From a phage: a DNA stretch of 64,000 nt. The position numbers and the translations under genes were made by a program. This document shows, piece by piece, positions 1 through 9,330 of the stretch (its first letter is position 1; the number at the start of each line of letters is the position of its first letter). Location: the NCBI GenBank assembly GCA_012474735.1, contig GCA_012474735.1_4085.1. One strand, written 5' to 3'. The notes under the pieces were generated by a model. It was not told the origin of the DNA and made no database searches. It worked only from the letters and a program-made list of their open reading frames with translations.

Positions 1-201
1 GCAGTACTCCACGACATAGCACGATAGATATGGCCTTTAACTGGTTGCAATACTGGTAATGTTTTATGGTCTTCTACGTAGGCCATAGCTTGAGGATTTA
101 CCCGATATTGTGTGAACTGTTCCATTATGTTTCCCCTTGTAGTTAGTAAAGTTATTACATCAGTACTATCAAGCTATGTCAATAGTACTGAAATAAAACT
201 T

Positions 202-426
202 TTAGATTAGATTATTGATGCCGTTGATGGTAGACTCGCTTTCTTCTTTCTCCCATTGGCGGTAGTACTTCCATGCTTCATGATATGTGGCGATTAGTTC
301 ATCTTTTTGATCCTGAGTACATGCCAGTATTGAATCACGGTGAGCGGTGTTATAGATAGAATCGAATGATTTCTTCTCTTCTGCCAGGTTAGCTACTTCC
401 CGCATCAGTTCATCAAAGTTAGCCAT
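202..426 (-). CDS. hypothetical early protein (74 aa)
   Basis: ORF; SD AGGAG upstream; promoter unit 445..502. Confidence 0.55.
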   Translation of the reverse strand: MANFDELMREVANLAEEKKSFDSIYNTAHRDSILACTQDQKDELIATYHEAWKYYRQWEKEESESTINGINNLI

Positions 427-444
427 TTTATTACTCCTTTTAGT

Positions 445-502
445 GGGGGAGGATATCTCCCCCTATGCAAAACATTATACTTTGTTTTAGTTATTATGCA
501 AG
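445..502 (-). promoter_or_regulatory. sigma70-like early promoter plus 5' leader hairpin
   Basis: rc: CTTGCA-N17-TATAAT (497..502 / 474..479); hairpin GGGGGAG-N5-CTCCCCC 445..463. Confidence 0.6.
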
Positions 503-757
503 TACTTTTTTCATATAAAGATTATATTCTACACCGCCGTAACCTTCTACGATGATATGTTTTGCGTTATCACGTTTGCACATAGTGAAACCGTTGTTGA
601 TGTGTTCTGCATTTTCCAGGGCGACATCACCGATAGCGGCACATACGGCACTAATAACAGTATTCCGCAAAGTACTGGTATCATTAGCGGTCATAGTAGT
701 TTGCAGTACTACGTTGTCGTATACGTGTGCATTGATAGTGATTTCGATAGTGTTCAT
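494..757 (-). CDS. hypothetical early protein (87 aa)
   Basis: ORF; SD GGAG; promoter unit upstream. Confidence 0.55.
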   Translation of the reverse strand: MNTIEITINAHVYDNVVLQTTMTANDTSTLRNTVISAVCAAIGDVALENAEHINNGFTMCKRDNAKHIIVEGYGGVEYNLYMKKVLA

Positions 758-775
758 GGTGTATCTCCTGGACTG

Positions 776-837
776 GCGGGAGAACTATTCCCCCGATCTA
801 TGTAAAACATTATACGTTAATCTAACTACAATGCAAG
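776..837 (-). promoter_or_regulatory. sigma70-like early promoter plus leader hairpin
   Basis: rc CTTGCA 832..837, TATAAT 809..814, spacer 17; hairpin 776..795. Confidence 0.6.
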
Positions 838-843
838 TACTTT

Positions 844-1035
844 TTAAATTTTATTTCCGATATAGTCCGGTCTATTCTTTTCGGTCATACGCTTTGCTAA
901 TGTTTGCATATGGCTTATTGCGTTTAATGTGTCTTCCTCCAGGGATGAATCAACATAATCAGGATCATTCTTCACCTTGCAATGATTATGATAGCGTAGT
1001 ACTGCCAGTACTTTTTTAACTTCTTCTACTGTCAT
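844..1035 (-). CDS. hypothetical protein (63 aa)
   Basis: ORF; start overlaps stop of upstream gene (coupling). Confidence 0.5.
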   Translation of the reverse strand: MTVEEVKKVLAVLRYHNHCKVKNDPDYVDSSLEEDTLNAISHMQTLAKRMTEKNRPDYIGNKI

Positions 1036-1304
1036 AATAAGTACCCCACTTCGTTAGCTTTCAGGTTAGTATCAATCATCAGTGGATTTTTGTAGTTCAC
1101 AAAACGATTAGTTTTCTCGATAGCGAATCCCATATAATCCAGCTTACTAACAGTACATTCATTCTTAAAAACTTCTTTCGCTGCATCGATGGCTGATTGC
1201 ATGGATAACCGACCATCTAAATTAATGTTTCCAAATGATCCACCAGCAGAAGTAGGATTACCGTTCATATCTTTAATGATCATAGTAGCGGAGTAGCTGG
1301 ACAT
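1032..1304 (-). CDS. hypothetical protein (90 aa)
   Basis: ORF; promoter unit 1327..1385 upstream. Confidence 0.55.
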   Translation of the reverse strand: MSSYSATMIIKDMNGNPTSAGGSFGNINLDGRLSMQSAIDAAKEVFKNECTVSKLDYMGFAIEKTNRFVNYKNPLMIDTNLKANEVGYLL

Positions 1305-1326
1305 AATTTTGTTTCCTTTTAGTATC

Positions 1327-1385
1327 GGGGAGAACTATTCTCCCCTTGATGTAAACTATTATACAGTACTGATATACTTTGTCAA
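1327..1385 (-). promoter_or_regulatory. sigma70-like early promoter plus leader hairpin
   Basis: rc TTGACA 1380..1385, TATAAT 1358..1363; hairpin GGGGAGAA-N3-TTCTCCCC 1327..1345. Confidence 0.6.
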
Positions 1386-1388
1386 TAC

Positions 1389-1610
1389 TTAATTACGTTT
1401 AAAATGATATGTGCCTTTATCATCCTGTACGCCCCACACTGATTTACCATCAACACCAGTGAAACCGGATTGTAATTCAATATGGAAACCATTATTATCA
1501 ACTACAAAAACTTTTTTATTTTCATCCCGATAACATTGATATTCTGAATCAACATTAAAGGCCGCATCATTCAGAAGATTGGAAGCGTAAATGCAAGTCA
1601 TTGTAGTCAT
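1389..1610 (-). CDS. hypothetical protein (73 aa)
   Basis: track ORF trimmed to ATG at 1610; MFYIERGK extension is translated promoter/hairpin. Confidence 0.5.
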   Translation of the reverse strand: MTTMTCIYASNLLNDAAFNVDSEYQCYRDENKKVFVVDNNGFHIELQSGFTGVDGKSVWGVQDDKGTYHFKRN

Positions 1611-1628
1611 GATTTTATTCCTTATTGC

Positions 1629-1691
1629 CAGGGAGAACCATTTCCCCCTCTCGATATAAAACATTATACTTGATTCTAAGTACAATGCAAG
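1629..1691 (-). promoter_or_regulatory. sigma70-like early promoter plus leader hairpin
   Basis: rc CTTGCA 1686..1691, TATAAT 1663..1668, spacer 17. Confidence 0.6.
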
Positions 1692-1804
1692 TACTTTTTA
1701 TCAAATACTTTAAAATAGTTTTCAGTACTGAATACTTATATAATAGATACACTTATGCACCCTGTGGGTCAGTGAGTTATCTCTCAATGAATATATATTA
1801 GCAA

Positions 1805-1828
1805 AGGGACTGACCGGAGTCAATCCCT
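1805..1828 (-). terminator. intrinsic terminator hairpin
   Basis: AGGGACTGAC-CGGA-GTCAATCCCT inverted repeat with flanking T/A runs, downstream of 1842..2426. Confidence 0.5.
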
Positions 1829-1841
1829 TTTTTAATCTTTT

Positions 1842-2426
1842 TTATCGTGTTATAGTTACGGCTTTTACATCACGCTTTTTATAGTACTGATTCCAGATAT
1901 TGCGGGTTAAACCGTAATCAAGTACTTTAATAAGTCCATTACGATCCTGGCCGATATTCTGTTTTCTGATATCTCTTATCGTTAGTGTTGATAATGTATC
2001 ATCGACGTGTTGTAGTGCATCAGCAAAGCGGTGCTGGCGTTCAATGGCATTACGTTTAATATTGTACTTTAATTCGTTGCACGCGTTAACGTGCTTCACA
2101 CTGCCTTTACTTGCAGTACTCAACCGATCCATAACGATAAACATATTATCAGGATCGCATAAATGCATATGCACCTTTGCAAAGTACTGTTTCAATTGAG
2201 GGCGGTCATAGTCTAAAAAATTCCATACCTTACATTCAGTTTCATTTTGTTCTACACCCGCATCACAATTGGCGACCTTAATCACTAACCGATCATTTAA
2301 AGCGAATACGATACGGGAAGAACCCGCCCCGATGATCTCCAGGCCAGCTAACCGACAAGCTGAAAGGATCTCTTTGTTGGTTTCCATTTCTGACAGTGTA
2401 CGGATGAATTTAGTATAATTACGCAT
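1842..2426 (-). CDS. protein kinase-like protein
   Basis: VIKVA, DIRKQN and LDYG motifs resemble kinase beta3-Lys, catalytic loop and DFG; start set at ATG 2426 after AAGGAG. Confidence 0.45.
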   Translation of the reverse strand: MRNYTKFIRTLSEMETNKEILSACRLAGLEIIGAGSSRIVFALNDRLVIKVANCDAGVEQNETECKVWNFLDYDRPQLKQYFAKVHMHLCDPDNMFIVMDRLSTASKGSVKHVNACNELKYNIKRNAIERQHRFADALQHVDDTLSTLTIRDIRKQNIGQDRNGLIKVLDYGLTRNIWNQYYKKRDVKAVTITR

Positions 2427-2457
2427 TGCATGTTCTCCTTGAGTTAATGAAACTATC

Positions 2458-2700
2458 TTACAGTACTTTACTATCAATGGCAACCACTTTTTTCACACTA
2501 ACCGCGTGAATCACTTCCTTAGTGTTTTTAGTACTGAATACTTTCGCTGTTCCTTGTTCTACTGCAATGCGATAACGACCGTTAACATCAACCATATTAA
2601 TAAAGTCCGGTGTACTAAACCGAGTAGTACGGCATTTCAGTACTGTTAACAATTCCACCAGCGATGTAGTTTCTTTGATACGTTTTTCTAAAGTAATCAT
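2458..2700 (-). CDS. hypothetical protein (80 aa)
   Basis: ORF; TTGACA-containing promoter-like sequence upstream. Confidence 0.5.
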   Translation of the reverse strand: MITLEKRIKETTSLVELLTVLKCRTTRFSTPDFINMVDVNGRYRIAVEQGTAKVFSTKNTKEVIHAVSVKKVVAIDSKVL

Positions 2701-2758
2701 TTTGTTTTCCCCCGTGTTGGTATGTACATATAGTACTAAAACATTTGAGTACTGTCAA

Positions 2759-2978
2759 TTAGATAATTGCATATTTCTTTAAAGATAATGCGTCTTGGGT
2801 TGGCTGATACTCAATGCCGTTACCGTTATCTACTTTAACTAATAAACCTTTGTCAATTAGTTTTTTAATAGTCCTTTGGCCTTGTTGAAAATTGGTAAAA
2901 TGTGAATCATTACGAAAGGTATAACCGTGCTTAACTGCTTCATCAATAGTTTTCTTTTCGATTTTAGATAATTTCATT
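2759..2978 (-). CDS. hypothetical protein (73 aa)
   Basis: ORF trimmed to MKLSKIEKK start; SD GGGAGAAAC. Confidence 0.5.
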
Positions 2979-3030
2979 TTGTTTCTCCCGTGTTGGTATG
3001 TGTACATAATACTAAAACAATTGAGTACTG

Positions 3031-3285
3031 TCAACGTGATATTAGTTTTATTTTCTTATTATATTGTTGGTGTTCATATAGGTTTATCTTTCCTGTGTTC
3101 TCAATTACTATTCTGTTGTTAGTGTCTACATCGATTACACGCAGTTTTCCGTTGCTTAACTTCCTTGGTAATAGGTTACCATTAATAAACTCATTAGCAA
3201 GCTGTACGGCCTTTGTGATGATTCTCTGTGGTGCTTTATAGTGTACCCGCAAGATATTATCTTTAGATAGTTGTACCTTAATCAT
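3031..3285 (-). CDS. hypothetical protein (84 aa)
   Basis: ORF; SD AGGA. Confidence 0.5.
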   Translation of the reverse strand: MIKVQLSKDNILRVHYKAPQRIITKAVQLANEFINGNLLPRKLSNGKLRVIDVDTNNRIVIENTGKINLYEHQQYNKKIKLISR

Positions 3286-3306
3286 TTTAGTTTATCCTAT
3301 AAAAAA

Positions 3307-3325
3307 GGCGGGAACTGATCCCGCC
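3307..3325 (-). terminator. intrinsic terminator
   Basis: rc GGCGGGA-TCAGT-TCCCGCC followed by TTTTTT, just after stop of 3348..3743. Confidence 0.6.
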
Positions 3326-3347
3326 GTGTTGTTAGTACTGCAAGTTA

Positions 3348-3743
3348 TTAGATAACCTGGCGGCGTTTACTGTATACTGTTACACGATTACCCTTACGGT
3401 CGTGTCGGATCTCTTTCTGGTTGCGAACCAGTTCACTTGGACGCTTAAGGTTTGCCAGGTGATCCGCGTGAGTCCAAGCGGTATGGTTTGTCTGTACTTT
3501 GATATCAGAATCAGCGATAAATTCATCTTGTGCGTTAAGTACTGCCGCCAGTAAATCCGCTCGTTTTAGTTCTGCTGCTGTTAGTACTGGCTCCGGTGAA
3601 TTCACGATATCAGAGATTTCTTTGAACTGTACGGCCCAGCGTTGACCTTTCGGTGCATCTTTGCCCATGTCTTTAAATGCTGCTCCTTCCTCGCGTGCAA
3701 CAATACGGGCAGCTTCACGGGTAGCGTAGAATTTAGTAATCAT
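3348..3743 (-). CDS. hypothetical protein, paralog of 15779..16044
   Basis: shared FATRE-ARI-AR, FKDMG, DRKGNRVTVY motifs. Confidence 0.6.
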   Translation of the reverse strand: MITKFYATREAARIVAREEGAAFKDMGKDAPKGQRWAVQFKEISDIVNSPEPVLTAAELKRADLLAAVLNAQDEFIADSDIKVQTNHTAWTHADHLANLKRPSELVRNQKEIRHDRKGNRVTVYSKRRQVI

Positions 3744-3787
3744 GGTATACATCCTATTAGTTAAGTTAGTACTACAAGTTAGAGTCT

Positions 3788-3816
3788 ATTATAAAGTACT
3801 ATCTGGGCAATGTCAA
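3788..3816 (-). promoter_or_regulatory. sigma70 consensus promoter
   Basis: rc TTGACA-N17-TATAAT. Confidence 0.6.
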
Positions 3817-3838
3817 ATAGTACTTTAAATGGATTCTA

Positions 3839-4162
3839 TTACATGTCTTTCTTACGTTTTACATCGTAGTAGCGAACTGTTATTTCTTTGTTAATCTCTT
3901 TTTCGATGCGGTGAATAACTTTTTCTTTCGGGTTGAAACCTATAACGGTTTCTTTAATGATCTCCAAACCAGTGTATTCGCCTTGCGTACCGTAACCGTA
4001 TGTAAAGGTTTCATGTCCCAGGTCTTCCCAACGATCACCAATCAATGCAGACACGTAGCAAGAGTGGTAAGTATTGCCGTGTGAATCAGTCCACCGATTA
4101 ACTTTAATGTCAAAGGAGGTTACAATTTTCAGTTCTACTTTCTGGGTAAGGATCATAGCCAT
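3839..4162 (-). CDS. hypothetical protein, paralog of 10097..10420
   Basis: shared RWTDS-GNTYHSC and FTYGY motifs, both end VKRKKD; start trimmed. Confidence 0.6.
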   Translation of the reverse strand: MAMILTQKVELKIVTSFDIKVNRWTDSHGNTYHSCYVSALIGDRWEDLGHETFTYGYGTQGEYTGLEIIKETVIGFNPKEKVIHRIEKEINKEITVRYYDVKRKKDM

Positions 4163-4245
4163 TTTTATTTCTCTCTTTGTTAGGAGGGGAACCATTCCCC
4201 CCTTGATGTAAACTATTATACAGTACTAAGATACTTTGTCAATAC

Positions 4246-4521
4246 TTAATTATTATAAATGTCGTGAATAGTGATAAAGTTTTTACGACCGTAAACCTGC
4301 AAATCAATATCAATGTAGTGCTTATCAAGTACATCCTCGACGCTTAACGCGGTGTCGTGAATATCTTCGTAGAATTGAGGATCTACAATCTTGCTTAAGT
4401 CATCCGGCGTTAACTTATCGTTAAGCAGTTGAACCGCCTGGATATCTGCTTCACGTTTCCAGTCTTCCAGGTTAGTAGTCAGTACTTGTTCGATTTCGTT
4501 AGCTGTCAGTAGAATCCGCAT
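4246..4521 (-). CDS. hypothetical protein (91 aa)
   Basis: ORF behind tandem promoter/leader module. Confidence 0.55.
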   Translation of the reverse strand: MRILLTANEIEQVLTTNLEDWKREADIQAVQLLNDKLTPDDLSKIVDPQFYEDIHDTALSVEDVLDKHYIDIDLQVYGRKNFITIHDIYNN

Positions 4522-4554
4522 TTTAATGTTTCCTTATCAGTGGTTGATGTAAGT

Positions 4555-4699
4555 ATTATACTCGTTTACTTTCTATTGTCAAACTATTTTATCAGGGGAG
4601 TTTTTCGTATGTCTTACTCCTGGACTACTTAACGGGGTTACTTGTTTCGTTCCCCGTCCTGATGTAAAACATTATACTTGATTCTAAGTACAATGCAAG
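4555..4699 (-). promoter_or_regulatory. tandem sigma70-like promoters flanking a conserved structured leader
   Basis: P-a rc TTGACA-N16-TATAAT 4555..4582; P-b 4671..4699; 70-nt leader 4590..4660; near-identical copy at 15068..15214. Confidence 0.55.
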
Positions 4700-4807
4700 T
4701 ACTTTTTAAAAATAGTTTTCAGTACTTGATAGTACTAGCCACCAGCAAACAATAGATACATTTATGCACCCTGTGGGCTAGATTGTTTCAATGCATATAT
4801 AATAGCA

Positions 4808-4831
4808 AAGGGACTGACCGGAGTCAATCCC
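4808..4831 (-). terminator. terminator-like hairpin
   Basis: same AGGGACTGACCGGAGTCAATCCCT element as 1805..1828. Confidence 0.45.
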
Positions 4832-5271
4832 TTTTTCAATTATTTTTAAACTTGTTTTGGGTTGCGATATGTGATAGCGTTCGGGTACATTTGTTTAATG
4901 TTATTCCATGCCTGGTTAACATTGTAACCACTTGAGCGAATCAGTTGGTTACTACCGACACCTTGAAACACTACTTCGAATAAGAATTCTTTCATGCTTT
5001 CACCTCGCGATCTGCTTTACCTTTACGCCAGGACATTACTAATTGTTCGCGTTGCCATAAATCGAGTGATACAAAAAGTTTTGCGGTATCACTTTTAGGA
5101 TACTCGCCAGTAGTACCTAACCGATAAAACAGATCTTTCAGTACTGATAATTCTACTTGAATCATTTTATTACTCCTGATTGCGTTAATACTTCTACTAT
5201 TGCATGAATGATCATAAGTACAGCTAAAACAATAATCATCGGATTCATTTGCATAAGCTGTACTCCTTATA

Positions 5272-5484
5272 TTAATCTTTCAGCCAATGATCTTGAATGA
5301 ATTTTTCACAGAATCCCTGTTTCATGGATTCTAACAGGCGTTCACGGTGAGCGTTGGCAAATTGCTCAGTACTATGCGTTACGCCAGGCTGATAACGTGA
5401 TACCCCATCCGGTCCGATGTATTGTACATCCCACGGTTTTTCGTTAGTATCAGACCATTTACGAACGATTAGTTGACCTTGCAT
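5272..5484 (-). CDS. hypothetical protein (70 aa)
   Basis: ORF; promoter unit 5502..5561. Confidence 0.55.
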   Translation of the reverse strand: MQGQLIVRKWSDTNEKPWDVQYIGPDGVSRYQPGVTHSTEQFANAHRERLLESMKQGFCEKFIQDHWLKD

Positions 5485-5501
5485 TTTTCTTTCCTCTCAG
5501 T

Positions 5502-5561
5502 GGGGAGAATCATTTCTCCCCTTCATGTAACTTATTATACAGTACTAGATTACATTGTCAA
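5502..5561 (-). promoter_or_regulatory. sigma70-like early promoter plus leader hairpin
   Basis: rc TTGACA 5556..5561, TATAAT 5534..5539; hairpin GGGGAGAA-N4-TTCTCCCC 5502..5521. Confidence 0.6.
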
Positions 5562-5567
5562 TAGTTT

Positions 5568-5891
5568 TTATTCACCTTGTTTGAATTTAGTTTTCTCCAT
5601 TGATTCCATGATTGCAACCAATACGCCGTGGATCTCGCTTAACGCGGAATCACTAAAAGCATTAATGAATAGTCGATCATTCTCGCGAATATTTTTAATG
5701 TACTTTTCAGCAGTAGTTGCGAATTCATTCAACGGTAGATCAAATGCTTTATCCCATGATGGATGGCGTAATTGTAACAGTACTGGATTATCACGATCAC
5801 CAGGGGAAAACGTACCAGTGATGAAACATACGCCCGGAATACTTTCGAACTGGCAACGGACTTCCTTTGTGATAGTAGTATGAATGTACAT
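5568..5891 (-). CDS. hypothetical protein (107 aa)
   Basis: ORF; SD GAGGA. Confidence 0.5.
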   Translation of the reverse strand: MYIHTTITKEVRCQFESIPGVCFITGTFSPGDRDNPVLLQLRHPSWDKAFDLPLNEFATTAEKYIKNIRENDRLFINAFSDSALSEIHGVLVAIMESMEKTKFKQGE

Positions 5892-5918
5892 TTATTGTTA
5901 TCCTCTATTAAATTAATA

Positions 5919-6113
5919 TTACAGTTTATGAATCAATTCTTTATCTAAGCGATAGCGTACATTATTAATAGTAACGGCATTGTTTTTAATGCTACGCTGT
6001 ACAGGTCCACCAGCAATAACAAATGTTGCTTTATTACCCCGAACAATGATAGCACTTCCAGGATTACCGAAATCATCTTGTACTAAAATACTTGATAAGT
6101 TTTCCATTTTCAT
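5919..6113 (-). CDS. hypothetical protein (64 aa)
   Basis: ORF; hairpin/promoter-like unit 6120..6185. Confidence 0.5.
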   Translation of the reverse strand: MKMENLSSILVQDDFGNPGSAIIVRGNKATFVIAGGPVQRSIKNNAVTINNVRYRLDKELIHKL

Positions 6114-6185
6114 TTCCTCTTAGTAGGGGAAGATGTTTCCCCTTGATGTAAGTACTATAACAGTACTGAAAACTAAATGCAAGTA

Positions 6186-6542
6186 CTATGATAAAATCAT
6201 GATAGGATATTCACTATCGATCAGTACTTCGAATCCGAAACCTTCGTACCATTCTTTAAGATTGAAGGCGTTATCTTCTCCTGTATCGCATTCTAAAATG
6301 ATACAATCTGAATCATCGGCGGCATCAATAAAGGCATTCATTAATTCGTTACCTTCACCATTGCCCCGACTATCAGGATCAACATAAAGAGAATCAATAA
6401 ACGCTACACGGTCATAATCAAGATCCGGTGCAATGATTCCACGTTTAACAAACCAGTACTGCAATTGTGCTACTTTGCCCTGTACTTGATAGCCAGTGAT
6501 CTCGCCATTGTCAGTAGTACGCGTGATATGTTGTATTCCCAT
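6186..6542 (-). CDS. possible GNAT-family acetyltransferase
   Basis: RGNGEGNELMNAFI resembles GNAT motif A (R/Q-x-x-G-x-G/A). Confidence 0.35.
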   Translation of the reverse strand: MGIQHITRTTDNGEITGYQVQGKVAQLQYWFVKRGIIAPDLDYDRVAFIDSLYVDPDSRGNGEGNELMNAFIDAADDSDCIILECDTGEDNAFNLKEWYEGFGFEVLIDSEYPIMILS

Positions 6543-6605
6543 GATTTCTATCCTCAGTTAAGATATAAAACATTATACACTATCTTTCAGTACTGTCAAT
6601 ACTTT

Positions 6606-6863
6606 TTATCTCATAGATCTATGCCAACAATTACGCGGGGGACGTTTAAAAGTACTATCATGATCCTCCTGGCAAGTTATGCAGTACTTACATCCCTTAA
6701 CGGCCTGGCGTCGTTTCTCAGGGATTATATCGCCGCAGTCGAGGCAATGTATCAGTGATTCTATTTGTGCGTTAATTTGCTTTCTAGCGTGGTTAACGGC
6801 GGCCTGAATCACTGCGTTAATCTCGTCTTGCTCGGCCCCATCTTTCGCGAATCCAACAGCCAT
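6606..6863 (-). CDS. TraR/DksA-family C4 zinc-finger protein
   Basis: CLDCGDIIPEKRR...CKYCITCQ matches TraR/DksA CxxC-N17-CxxC finger. Confidence 0.55.
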   Translation of the reverse strand: MAVGFAKDGAEQDEINAVIQAAVNHARKQINAQIESLIHCLDCGDIIPEKRRQAVKGCKYCITCQEDHDSTFKRPPRNCWHRSMR

Positions 6864-7194
6864 TATTTTAACCTCATTATAAAAATACTATAGTACTGTA
6901 ATGCGACAATAATATTACTTGTTCTTACTTTTTCCAATCCACATGATACCACATATTCATCCCCATATGTGCGAAACGATACACCATGAAAATTTTTATA
7001 CACTTGCACTACTAATCATAACCTTTCGTCTAACCAACTGCATAGAATTATACTACTTTACGCAAATTGATCAAGTATTGATCAGATCATTTTTTGATCA
7101 ATATTATACAGTTACATTTGTGCACCCTATGGGTTAGTGACGTTCTCGTCTTGATGTAAGTATTATGCCAGTACTGGATGATATTGTCAATAGA

Positions 7195-7392
7195 TTATTT
7201 TAATTTTTTTCTGTCATTGATTAATGCTTTCAGTACTATACTAATGATTTGCAATGATTCATCAATGACTATAAAATTATTCTCTTTCATTAGATGATAG
7301 TTACCATTGATTGTATATTCTAAGGTGTACTGTTTACGTTTAATTTTTGATAATGTTTCTATTTGTTTTTGTACTGATTTCATGCTAATCAT
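7195..7392 (-). CDS. hypothetical protein (65 aa)
   Basis: ORF. Confidence 0.45.
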   Translation of the reverse strand: MISMKSVQKQIETLSKIKRKQYTLEYTINGNYHLMKENNFIVIDESLQIISIVLKALINDRKKLK

Positions 7393-7742
7393 TGTTAAAC
7401 GTCCTGTAACGCATTCTAACGAGATAAACGGTTTAGTACTGGCATTGTATAGGGTAATGAATTAAAGCCCACCAGCGTTAACCAGTGGGCTATAATCTTA
7501 CATCTTGCGGATAATCTTAACAGTATCTTTCACCGATTTACCGTCTTGCTGGCATTGCTCGATCATTGCGTATTGTTCTGCTGTAAGATCCTCGCCAGTT
7601 TTTGCCAGTACTGCGTCGATGAATGAATCCAGTGCGATCATTTTGTTTCTCTCTTAGGTTAAGTTAACTACTGTTTATAAAACTTATTATACAGTACTAT
7701 CAAACGTTGTCAATATCTTTAATAGTACTGGTAATATATTTT

Positions 7743-7922
7743 AGCGGTAATCGTCGTATGCTTTATTCACCTGGCGAATGTAACTTTCAAAGGCTTCGTC
7801 TACCGTTTCATACTCCCGAACATAATCACCATAGGAAACTACATACATACCTTTTTGATCTTCAAACGACATGATGATAGAATCCAGGCCGATGATTTCA
7901 GTTTTTGCGATGATAGCCATTT
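7743..7922 (-). CDS. small hypothetical protein (59 aa)
   Basis: ORF below 60-aa cutoff found by eye; MAIIAK start like 10512..10724; promoter upstream. Confidence 0.4.
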
Positions 7923-8002
7923 TTAATTCCTTAGTAGTGTAGTTGATAAAAGTTATTATGCCAGTACTATCAAACTATGTCAATAGTACTGTGATAATAT
8001 TT

Positions 8003-8215
8003 TTAGTTAATGATAGTCAGTGTAAAATTGTAATCCCCTGCCTGGTATAGTACTTTATCGCCGAACGTTCCAACATGTTTCATATTGCAATAGATACCCA
8101 TAACACTTTTTACATCTTTGATATTCCGAACGCCAGTAATATCCTTGTTTAAATGATCGTGATCAGAAAATAAAACTTGTTTTGCATTTTTCAGTACAGT
8201 GCAGATATTAGCCAT
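8003..8215 (-). CDS. hypothetical protein (70 aa)
   Basis: ORF; promoter unit 8236..8295. Confidence 0.55.
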   Translation of the reverse strand: MANICTVLKNAKQVLFSDHDHLNKDITGVRNIKDVKSVMGIYCNMKHVGTFGDKVLYQAGDYNFTLTIIN

Positions 8216-8235
8216 TTTGTTTTCTCTCTGTTAGT

Positions 8236-8295
8236 GGGGAGAATCATTTCTCCCCTTCATGTAACTTATTATACAGTACTATAATCTATTGTCAA
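8236..8295 (-). promoter_or_regulatory. sigma70-like early promoter plus leader hairpin
   Basis: near-identical to unit 5502..5561. Confidence 0.6.
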
Positions 8296-8311
8296 ACTAT
8301 TTTTTTTTATA

Positions 8312-8653
8312 TTATTCGAAATCTTCTGGACCGGACTGATAATCATCTTCACCGTATGCACTTTCTAACTTCTCGCCAGTGTGATCATCAGTTAGTGAAT
8401 CATCCTCATAATTCACGTCTACGCCTACAATGTAAAACTGGCTATCGTCTGGATCATTGAAATTAATTTTCTGAATGTTTACAATAACTGTATTGATGCC
8501 CAGGACACAGCCATCAGCCGTTACAAAGTACTGATAGTTTTCACAACCGCCTGAATTGAAACCGTAATTGATTTCGGCCCGACCATCATTTAAACGCAGT
8601 GCCTGGGCGATGATTTCGTTTTCAAAGTTAGATTGAGCAATTGAGATAGTCAT
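8312..8653 (-). CDS. hypothetical acidic protein (113 aa)
   Basis: ORF; promoter unit 8675..8734. Confidence 0.55.
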   Translation of the reverse strand: MTISIAQSNFENEIIAQALRLNDGRAEINYGFNSGGCENYQYFVTADGCVLGINTVIVNIQKINFNDPDDSQFYIVGVDVNYEDDSLTDDHTGEKLESAYGEDDYQSGPEDFE

Positions 8654-8674
8654 GATTCGTTTCCTTATTACTAG

Positions 8675-8734
8675 GGGAAACCGTTTCCCCTTGCGATGTA
8701 AAACATTATACGCTTATTGAGATAGTTTGCAAGT
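8675..8734 (-). promoter_or_regulatory. sigma70-like early promoter plus leader hairpin
   Basis: rc CTTGCA 8729..8734, TATAAT 8706..8711; hairpin GGGGAAA-CCG-TTTCCCC. Confidence 0.6.
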
Positions 8735-8848
8735 ACTTTTTATCAAATACTTTAAAATAGTTTTCAGTACTCAAACATTATACAATAGATACACTCCTGC
8801 ACCCTGTGGGCTAGTGAGCTATCTCTCAATGATTATATAATAACAAAA

Positions 8849-8868
8849 TGGCTGACCGAAGTCAACCA
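8849..8868 (-). terminator. terminator hairpin (possibly bidirectional)
   Basis: TGGCTGAC-CGAA-GTCAACCA with T-runs on both sides. Confidence 0.5.
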
Positions 8869-9099
8869 CTTTTTTCATTTATTTTTTAGCTTTAAGTACT
8901 GCGGCCTTTCGTGTCATGCCTTGCTTGATGTATTCCTGTACTTTCGCTTTACGTGCTTTAGCTTTATCTGCTTTAGTTTTAGGAGTACTGTAAACTATAC
9001 CGTTAGGATTCATTTAAATCACCATAAAGAATAGATAGGTTACTAACAACGCCGCGATCAATGCACCGACCAGGGCCGAACTGTAATAAGCTAATGATT

Positions 9100-9252
9100 T
9101 CATTTTTTAGCCTGAAAGTAATGTTTAATTTGTGCGGCGGTCAGTGCACAATTACGCAGGAAGTTTTCTGTATAACTGCGTCGAGTACTGAAAGAGAATT
9201 GACCTTTGCCGTTACCGATAGTAACATCAAACCGAGCGTTGTATTGTTTCAT
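9100..9252 (-). CDS. hypothetical protein (50 aa)
   Basis: track ORF trimmed to ATG 9252 after SD GGAG. Confidence 0.45.
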   Translation of the reverse strand: MKQYNARFDVTIGNGKGQFSFSTRRSYTENFLRNCALTAAQIKHYFQAKK

Positions 9253-9270
9253 TTTGTATCTCCTGTTATT

Positions 9271-9330
9271 GGGGAGAACCATTTCCCCCCTCTATGTAAA
9301 ACATTATACGCCTTTTTACAGTACTGTCAA
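9271..9330 (-). promoter_or_regulatory. sigma70-like early promoter plus leader hairpin
   Basis: rc TTGACA 9325..9330, TATAAT 9303..9308; hairpin 9271..9290. Confidence 0.6.
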
